The notes: generated from the sequence alone by a model not told the origin. DNA of 8,000 nt from Octopus sinensis (GCF_006345805.1 NW_021828649.1:1-8000); one strand, 5' to 3'; shown: positions 1 through 5,811, counted from the stretch's first letter. Numbers and translations: made by a program.

Positions 1-142
1 AGTTTCCATCTACTAATTCACTGACAAAACATTGGTCTGCTCGGGTCTATAATAAAAGACAATTGTCCAAGGAGCCGCGCAGTGGGACTGAACCCAAAAC
101 CACGTGGTTGCAAAGCGAACCTCTTAACCTCGCAGCCATGAC
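1..142 (-). mobile_element. Family-1 tRNA-derived SINE, diverged 5' head (A/B-box region plus CORE-like block), cut by the window edge
   Basis: Aligns by eye with 415-557: AGTTTCCATCTAC vs AGTTTCCGTCTAC, AAGACAATTGTCCAAGG vs AAGACACTTGCTCAAGG, AGTGGGACTGAACC vs AGTGGGTCTGAACT. Confidence 0.85.
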
Positions 143-160
143 CCCCGCACCGACTGATTC

Positions 161-557
161 TATTTTATTCTTTTACTTGTTTCAGTCATATGACTGCGGC
201 CATGCTGGAGCACAGCCTCTAGTTGAACAAATCGATTCCCCGGACTTATTCCTTGTAAGCCTAGTACTTATTCTATCGTTGTCTTTTTGCCGAACCGCTA
301 AGTTATGGGGATGTAAACACACCAACATCGGTTGTCAAGCGATGGTGGGAGGACAAACAGACACACAAACATACACATATATATATATAAACATATATAC
401 GATGGGCTTCTCTCAGTTTCCGTCTACCAAATCCACTCACAAGGCTTTGGTCGGTCCGTGGCTATAGTAGAAGACACTTGCTCAAGGTGCCACATAGTGG
501 GTCTGAACTCGGAACCATGTGGTTGGGAAGCAAGCTACTTACCAAACAACCACGCCT
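161..557 (-). mobile_element. Family-1 tRNA-derived SINE, full-length ~400-bp form (CORE-like; probably one of the octopus OR/OK-type SINEs)
   Basis: The minus strand starts AGGCGTGGTTGTTTGG (A-box-like) and has a B-box-like AGTTCAGACCC. It then has ACCTTGAGCAAGT (resembles MIR CORE ACCTTGGGCAAGT), an internal TA/TG microsatellite (~362-400), a second module, a terminal palindrome CAGTCATATGACTG (183-196) and an A-rich tail. It is colinear with 4208-4568. Family naming is from memory. Confidence 0.92.
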
Positions 558-639
558 GTTAATTCTGTTAATTTTTCTTTCCTTTTTTTTTTCTTTTTGC
601 TTAGTCACTGGGACTAAAGATTGTGATTGTAGATTTCAG

Positions 640-780
640 AAAAATCAAACTCATTCATTGGATAATATAACCTGGAAAAGTATTATACGCCTGAAAACAA
701 ACGAGATGGTCGTGGTTGGTATGTCCTTGATCATCGGTTGTTCATTGAGTGCGGAACTAAAGCTACACAAACAACCACCA
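640..780 (+). mobile_element. Family-4 (AAC)n-tailed retroposon 3' end, copy Z
   Basis: TTGGATAAT (658), GATGGTCGTGGTTGG (705), TTGATCA (727) and an AAC-like tail (766-779) occur in the same order and spacing as in copies at 858, 1114, 6085 and 6680. Confidence 0.7.
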
Positions 781-857
781 ATGCACTTGATCACAGGTAT
801 TAATGGTAAGCAATTAGTATCAGTCCTAGGGTGGCCGTCTATGTGGTCACACCGCAA

Positions 858-1045
858 AAGAGAAATAGCTGCTAAATATTCCTCCATTCACACCCTACAC
901 TCTTTGTAAAGGATGTGTTGGATATTGTAGTTGTAGTTTCCCCGTACATAGGAAAAGGACAGACAGTTTGGTCACGGTTGGATGGAATTGATCAATGGTC
1001 TGCTCGATTAGGTGTGACCTCGAGCTAAGCAACAACAACAGCAAT
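858..1045 (+). mobile_element. Family-4 (AAC)n-tailed retroposon 3' end, copy A
   Basis: Contains AGAAATAGCTGCTA, TCACACCC, TTGGATA (918), TGGTCACGGTTGG and TTGATCAATGGTCTGCTCGATTAGGTGTGACC, then GCTAAGCAACAACAACAGCAAT. Confidence 0.8.
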
Positions 1046-1113
1046 TATAAACTATATCATACCACCCCCACGTAGACACCCGATTCATCATCTCTGTCCT
1101 AAGGCTAAAAATC

Positions 1114-1310
1114 GGTTGCTTGTCCTGCTAAAAATAGCAGCTACATCTCCACCAGATCATACCCTTTTTAATGGATAATGGTGATTCTAGATACGATGTG
1201 TTTGTAAAACAAAACCGATGGAGTGGGCACGCTGGGAAACCTTTTGATCAAAGGTCTGTTTGATCACAGTTGACTGGAGAGGTAAACGACAACAACAACA
1301 ACAGCAATAA
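1114..1310 (+). mobile_element. Family-4 (AAC)n-tailed retroposon 3' end, copy B
   Basis: Contains AAAAATAGCAGCTA, TCATACCC, TGGATAATG (1172) and TTTGATCAAAGGTCTGTTTGATC, then GTAAACGACAACAACAACAACAGCAAT. Colinear with copy A apart from an internal deletion. Confidence 0.8.
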
Positions 1311-1725
1311 CATAACACAATCACCACCATCACCATTATCATCAGCATCGCCACGACCAAAACCACTACTATCACCCACACTACCACAAACCTTGTAATC
1401 ACCACCACAACACCAACACAATCATCACCATCAACTCGGTCTCAAACCACCATTGTTACCACTCTCCCCGCCACCACCCAGGTCATTACCCGCCACAACC
1501 CCACCACCACCACCACCACCACCACCACCTATGCCTTCACCACTTTCACTACCACCTTTGGTCCCCCCTGCTCCACTTCACAACCCGCGGTTATCATTAT
1601 CTCCACCCACAATCCGCTACCTATCCCTCACCACCCCCACCCTACCCGCACCACTTACACCACCGCTACCAATACCCCTCGACAACACTCTCCCTACCAT
1701 CTCCCACCCACCCCACCTATACTAA
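1311..1725. repeat. Degenerate (CCA/CAC)n low-complexity tract with a perfect (CCA)9 core at 1501-1527
   Basis: Visible triplet periodicity and strong C skew. It explains the poly-Pro ORF 1453-1725 and the poly-Val/Cys ORF 1187-1408. Confidence 0.9.
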
Positions 1726-1897
1726 GCCCTAAAGTCAACCGGGGGTGTTACAATATTCAAACGGTGGCACCTTGCTGATACGGAGGGGGGAAAGGACACA
1801 GACAGCTGGGGGCGAGCGGGGTGGAGCCAAAATTATTCAATTAATCATCTGTGATAATAATTAGCAATTAAGTTTCCATGCCCTAACTAATTGAAGT

Positions 1898-1933
1898 GTG
1901 TGTAAGGCGGTGTGTAAGGGGGTGTGTAAGGGG
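1898..1933. repeat. 12-bp tandem repeat x3, GTGTGTAAGG(C/G)G
   Basis: Units at 1898-1909, 1910-1921 and 1922-1933, with one mismatch in total. Confidence 0.9.
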
Positions 1934-2470
1934 TAGAATAATATTGTGTGAGTAAGATAGGAGTAGGGGGCAGGTGACTGGATTCAGTTTTCTTTTGGGC
2001 GGGTTTGTGTTGACGGGGGAGATAGAGGGGGGAAGGAAAGGAGGGAGAGGATTGGGCGAAGCAGAGAGAGGGAGCGATAAAGATGGGTGGGGCGATAGCA
2101 AGATGTCAGTCGTTTTTATTAATTTTTGACAAGCAGCAAAATGAAGGAATTACAAGAGACACGGGCGTTTGTGAGTAGTGAGTTCATATCGCCACTCTGG
2201 CGGCGATTTAATCAAGGCTGTGGGACAAAGGATCGAATTTCTTATGTTTCACTTCACCTTATTGCGTTACATAGGTATTTGAAGTGTAGCTGCGAAGATT
2301 TACCTGTGATGAACTATCGATCTCTCCAGAGCTAAGAGAATTTATATACCTCTCAGTCACAGCCACTTAAAGCGGTTTGTGTTCTCGACGGTTAAAAATA
2401 GATATATGTTCCTATATCTAGTTGTTGCTTATCGTTGTTCTACGTTCAAATACTTCCTAAGCAGAATAAA

Positions 2471-2588
2471 ATTTTGTCCCAAGATTTAGGGCAGATTGGC
2501 AATAATTAACTTGGCAAAAACTTTAACAATTTCTTGTTAAATTCACGCCTTACTCTTAGCTCATCTGAGTAGATCCGTGGGACAAAAT
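2471..2588. other. 118-nt imperfect inverted repeat (foldback); possible MITE relic or structured RNA
   Basis: A perfect 11-bp outer stem ATTTTGTCCCA (2471-2481)/TGGGACAAAAT (2578-2588) and a perfect 8-bp inner stem TTTAACAA (2522-2529)/TTGTTAAA (2534-2541) are concentric. I paired 24 further positions by hand between them. Confidence 0.6.
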
Positions 2589-2677
2589 ATGTGGTTCCAA
2601 GTTTCAGTTCACCGGATTATGTTGGGGAGACACTTGCAGCTTATTTGTGATAAGAATATGTCCCCAACCAAACTGAT

Positions 2678-2730
2678 ACACACACACACACACACACCAC
2701 CACCACCACCACCACCACCACCACCACCAC
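2678..2730. repeat. Compound microsatellite (AC)n-(CAC)n
   Basis: Directly visible. Confidence 0.95.
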
Positions 2731-2824
2731 ACATACATAATATCAGACTCCAAATGGTGATGGTCTGTGTCAGCAAGATTTGTATAATTTCGTTAAAATC
2801 GACAAAAGGACTACAGTGAACTTA

Positions 2825-2895
2825 CCATCCACCAAATTCCTTCGCAAGGCATTGGTCGGTCCAGTGGTACAATAGAAGACTCTTGCCCTTGATGC
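2825..2895 (-). mobile_element. Family-1 SINE head, 3' half (interrupted by the nested SINE)
   Basis: CCATCCACCAAATTCC...CAAGGCATTGGTCGGTCC...AGAAGACTCTTGCCC aligns with 421-487. Confidence 0.8.
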
Positions 2896-3273
2896 TTTGT
2901 TTGTTTGTTTGTTGAGCGAAGCGGTCTTCGTCCCATTATTGGGAGAAGTCCGAAACGTGGTCCTTTGCTATTCGTAAGACCCGCAGCAGAGAAAGCAGGT
3001 CAACCCCCGACACCGAGAGCATCGACGGATGGATGAATGCGCATCCAGGCTCAGCGGTTGCGTAGGAAGTCGGGGACAAGAAACAGGAAGAAAGAGTGGG
3101 AGAAAGTTGGAGCGAAAGAGTACAACAGGGGTCGCCACCATCCCCTGCCGGAGCCTCGTGGAGCTTTTAAGTGTTTTTGCTCAATAAACACACACAACGC
3201 CCGGTCTGGGAATCGAAACCGCGGTCCTCCGACCGCGAGTCTCCTGCCCTAACCACTGGGCCATTGCGCCTCC
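2896..3273 (-). mobile_element. Family-3 tRNA-derived SINE, 378 bp, (AAAC)n tail, nested in a family-1 copy
   Basis: The minus strand starts GGAGGCGCAATGGCCCAGTGGTTAGGGC, with A box TGGCCCAGTGG (3253-3263) and D-stem GCCC/GGGC. It has a B-box-like GGTTTCGATTCCC (3208-3220), a 3' stem-loop (2926-2948) and an (AAAC)4 tail (2896-2911). CpGs are largely intact, which suggests a young copy. Confidence 0.9.
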
Positions 3274-3339
3274 GTGTAGTGGGGCTGAACCCAAAAGTAC
3301 GAGGCTAGAAACGAGCTTCTAAACCACGCAGCTATGCCT
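3274..3339 (-). mobile_element. Family-1 SINE head, 5' half (continuation of 2825-2895)
   Basis: GTGTAGTGGGGCTGAACCCAAAA...CTTCTAAACCACGCAGCTATGCCT matches 77-142 (GCGCAGTGGGACTGAACCCAAAA). Confidence 0.8.
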
Positions 3340-3389
3340 AATGTAAGACATCAATGTCATAAGTTATTAAATGGGTAGCACCAGCTGGT

Positions 3390-3548
3390 GGAACGGCAGA
3401 AAATGTAACGAAATTTACTGTCAGAGCTTTTTCCCACCGATCTTGCATTCAGCTCTTTCTGGGCCGAGTCCATTTTGATTTTCTTCCTTTCAAATTTGAT
3501 AAAATGCTTACCAGATGTGTTCTGGAATCAGGTTAATCGATTATACTT
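3390..3548 (+). mobile_element. Family-2 SINE (Meta-like central domain), old diverged copy
   Basis: GGCAGAA, GCCGAGTCCATTTTGATTTTCTTCCTTTC and GATAAAATGCTTACCAG...TAATCGA align with 5378-5520. Confidence 0.7.
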
Positions 3549-3561
3549 CAAGTTTTCAATA

Positions 3562-3570
3562 TGTGTGTGC

Positions 3571-3613
<43 letters not shown>

Positions 3614-3657
3614 TGTGTGTGTGGTGTGTGTGCGCGTGTGTGTGTGTGCGTGTGTGT
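3562..3657. repeat. Imperfect (TG)n microsatellite
   Basis: Directly visible. Confidence 0.97.
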
Positions 3658-3923
3658 TTTAAAAGATTAGTATAAAGATTAGTAACTAGAAGCATTCATT
3701 GGCACAACAATCGTTTTGGCTTCATTCTGCACAACTCTCTGGTGGGCGTGGGACGATGTAATAACACTGGATGCAACGCAGAACCTCCTCAGGTGACAAA
3801 AGATTCTTTGCAACTTCTGCAGGCACACTACCAGGGACTTACCCTGAAACAAGGTTTGGATAATGCATTTAACGCCTACTTTCTAAACCTTGATTTTTTA
3901 ATTTAAAAAAAATTTTACTTATA

Positions 3924-3928
<5 letters not shown>

Positions 3929-3957
<29 letters not shown>

Positions 3958-4019
3958 CATACATACATACATACATACATACATACATACATGCATACAT
4001 ACATACATACATACATATA
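3929..4019. repeat. (ACAT)n tetranucleotide microsatellite
   Basis: About 22 units, with one ATGC variant at 3991-3994. Confidence 0.97.
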
Positions 4020-4028
4020 CTTTCATAG

Positions 4029-4132
4029 GTTTCGGCCGGTATTGGCCCAGGCCATATCTAACTTAATAGCACCACCTGGCGAAGTGGAAGTCGAAGCAGA
4101 TAAAGCTATAAATGACAGGATGGAACTATTGG
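4029..4132 (+). CDS. Candidate internal coding exon of an unidentified gene (phase 2 to phase 1): FRPVLAQAISNLIAPPGEVEVEADKAINDRMELL
   Basis: Acceptor TACTTTCATAG|G at 4028 and donor TGG|GTAAAA at 4133. Only one of three frames is open, codons are G-first-rich, and GC is above the flanks. There is no clear match to the window's repeats. I do not recognise the peptide, and a decayed-repeat origin is not excluded. Confidence 0.35.
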
Positions 4133-4181
4133 GTAAAAGAATGATATTTACACGCTTTTATACATCTACTTCGTGGATGTA

Positions 4182-4202
4182 TGTGTGTGTGTGTGTGTGT
4201 GT
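4182..4202. repeat. (TG)n microsatellite
   Basis: Directly visible. Confidence 0.95.
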
Positions 4203-4207
4203 TGTAT

Positions 4208-4568
4208 AAGCGTGGCTGTGAGGTAAGACATTTGCTTCCTGGCTATACGTTCCAGGTTCAGTCCCACTGCGTAGCACCTTGGGCAAGTGTCTTCTACTAT
4301 AGCTTCAGATCGACCAAAGGTTTGTGAGTGGATCTGGTAGACGGAAACTGAAAGAAGCCCGTCGTATGTATATGTGTATGTGTGTCTGTGTTTGTACCCC
4401 CCACCATAGCTTGACAACCGATGTTGGTGCGTTTGCGTCCCTGTAACTTAGCGGTTCGGCAAAAGAGACTGAGAGAATAAGTACTAGGCTTACAAAGAAT
4501 ACGTCCTGGGGTTGATTTGTTCGGCTAAAACCCTTTAAGGCAGTGCTCCAGCATGGCCGCAGTCAAAA
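4208..4568 (+). mobile_element. Family-1 tRNA-derived SINE, ~400-bp form, 3'-truncated
   Basis: A box TGGCTGTGAGG (4213-4223), B box GGTTCAGTCCC (4255-4265) and CORE-like ACCTTGGGCAAGT. Colinear with the reverse complement of 161-557 (roughly 80% identity by eye). It stops at GCAGTCAAAA and lacks the last ~25 nt. Confidence 0.92.
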
Positions 4569-4640
4569 TTTAGTAAGTAAAAACTGTCGCAAAATTTTTT
4601 AACGTTTCCCACATTACTCTCAACCCGAAGTTTTAGTTAA

Positions 4641-4718
4641 CCCGAGGTGCTGCGCTGAGGAATTGAACCGAAAACCGTGTAATAGCAGCGTGAGGGTCTT
4701 AACCACTCCACGATGCCT
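4641..4718 (-). mobile_element. Family-1 SINE head fragment, diverged
   Basis: CCCGAGGTGCTGCGCTGAGGAATTGAACCGAAAACC...TCTTAACCAC...ATGCCT aligns with 66-142. Confidence 0.7.
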
Positions 4719-4941
4719 ACGTCCAGAAATTCATTATTTCAAATTATTCAGTCAGAACAGTAAACTTACAAATAAGCTTATGACGATCCGTGTCTACTAA
4801 AAGAGATGCAGTTTCAATTCTCGGTTAACGAAATTTCACTTCATTTCTACGGCTAATACCTTTGGGAGAGGCATGTGAGTCACCACTTTCTAATTAGTTT
4901 TCCCTAAAAGTGTCAAATTTCATAATTGTCTCGACGCAAAT

Positions 4942-5056
4942 GAAGTACGTTAGACCGGATGCTTTAGGGCATCTTCACAAGAACCTGCTACTTCTACGAT
5001 CAAACTTTGCTGAGGTCGCACTAATGGATCCCTCTGGGAGTTGGTAAGTAAAAACT
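4942..5056 (+). mobile_element. Family-2 SINE, heavily decayed copy
   Basis: CGTTAG, TGCTTTAG, TTCT..ATCAAA and GCTGAGGTCG..GATCC match CGTTAG, TGCTTAG, TTCT..TTCAAA and GCCGAGGTCG..CATCC of the 5366 copy, in order. Confidence 0.6.
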
Positions 5057-5214
5057 GTCGCAAAATTATTCAAGTGGCATCAGTCGAGACCGATATTAAT
5101 CTTGTCTTTGTAAAAACCATTTCGGACCTAATCCAGAAGGAATCATTTTTCTGATACGCTGTTGGCTATTCTACGTTTGTTTTCCATTGTTTATTTTTAG
5201 GAATGGAGCTTCTC

Positions 5215-5257
5215 TTTATTATTATCATCATTATTATTATTATTATTGTTATTGTTA

Positions 5258-5307
<50 letters not shown>

Positions 5308-5317
5308 GTTATTGTTA

Positions 5318-5364
<47 letters not shown>
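5215..5364. repeat. (ATT)n microsatellite with GTT/ATC variants and 60-bp higher-order periodicity
   Basis: Directly visible; 5231-5304 is identical to 5291-5364. Confidence 0.97.
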
Positions 5365-5365
5365 T

Positions 5366-5565
5366 AGACGGCGGGCTGGCAGAATCGTTAGCGCGCTGGA
5401 CGAAATGCTTAGCGGTAATATTTCGCCCGTCACTACGGTTCTGAGTTCAAATACCGCCGAGGTCGACTTTGCGTTTCATCCTTTCGAGGTCGATAAATTA
5501 AGTATCAGTTGTAATCAACTTTTCCCCTCCCAAAAAATTACTGCCCTTGTGGCAAAATTTGAAAC

Positions 5566-5614
<49 letters not shown>
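5366..5614 (+). mobile_element. Family-2 tRNA-derived SINE (Meta-like central domain), best-preserved copy, (ATT)n tail 5567-5614
   Basis: A box TGGCAGAATCG (5377-5387) and B box GAGTTCAAATACC (5443-5455). The central block GAGGTCGACTTTGCGTTTCATCCTTTCGAGGTCGATAA resembles the Meta/Sauria-type domain as I recall it. Confidence 0.92.
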
Positions 5615-5629
5615 TATTTATCTATTTCC

Positions 5630-5725
5630 TAGTAGTATATATCCAGAAAACTTCATACTTGTATTTTAAGGTGTAATTTAGAACTTGATTTGAGGAAATT
5701 TGGTTACAAATTATTGCAAAAGGAA
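5630..5725 (-). mobile_element. Family-4 fragment, copy D, highly decayed
   Basis: TGATTTGAGGAAATTTGGTTAC (5686-5707) aligns with TGACTTTGAGGGAGTTTCTGCTGC in copy C (6241). Confidence 0.45.
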
Positions 5726-5761
5726 CGACCACGGATCATTCTTTCGTTGGATTACTAACTT

Positions 5762-5780
5762 AGACAGACGAACAGACAAG

Positions 5781-5811
<31 letters not shown>

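Noticed and set aside
63-562. ORFs 63-467 and 332-562, and the similar peptide in 4166-4417
   Set aside because: They are translations of family-1 SINE copies; the shared peptide just reflects the repeat.
478-909. 143-aa ORF and an apparent exon 605-718/805 with a strong pyrimidine tract and GTATGT/GTAAGC donors
   Set aside because: 478-557 is family-1 SINE, 640-780 is family-4 copy Z and 858-909 is copy A. The frame crosses three unrelated repeats.
1187-1725. Poly-Pro (formin/extensin-like) and poly-Val/Cys ORFs
   Set aside because: They are readouts of the (CCA)n low-complexity tract, with no flanking domain or splice support.
2188-2207. Small inverted repeat ATCGCC/GGCGAT and a CTCF-like match on the minus strand
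   Set aside because: The stem is only 6 bp and the motif is out of register by one base, so chance is sufficient.
2126-2335. 69-aa ORF with an AG|GT site at 2274/2275 after a pyrimidine tract
   Set aside because: It is short and unrecognised, the site is ambiguous as donor or acceptor, and no consistent partner site exists. It may include a decayed B-box (GTGAGTTCATATC).
3200-3273. tRNA gene
   Set aside because: A/B boxes and a D-stem are present, but there is no acceptor stem or proper T-stem, and it continues into a SINE body and tail.
3662-3684. 11-bp tandem duplication AAAGATTAGTA
   Set aside because: Ordinary slippage next to a microsatellite; nothing is enclosed.
5187-5632. Poly-Tyr, poly-Asn and poly-Leu ORFs, and the strong acceptor at 5200
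   Set aside because: The ORFs come from the (ATT)n microsatellite plus a SINE. The acceptor runs into the microsatellite after 16 nt with no credible donor.
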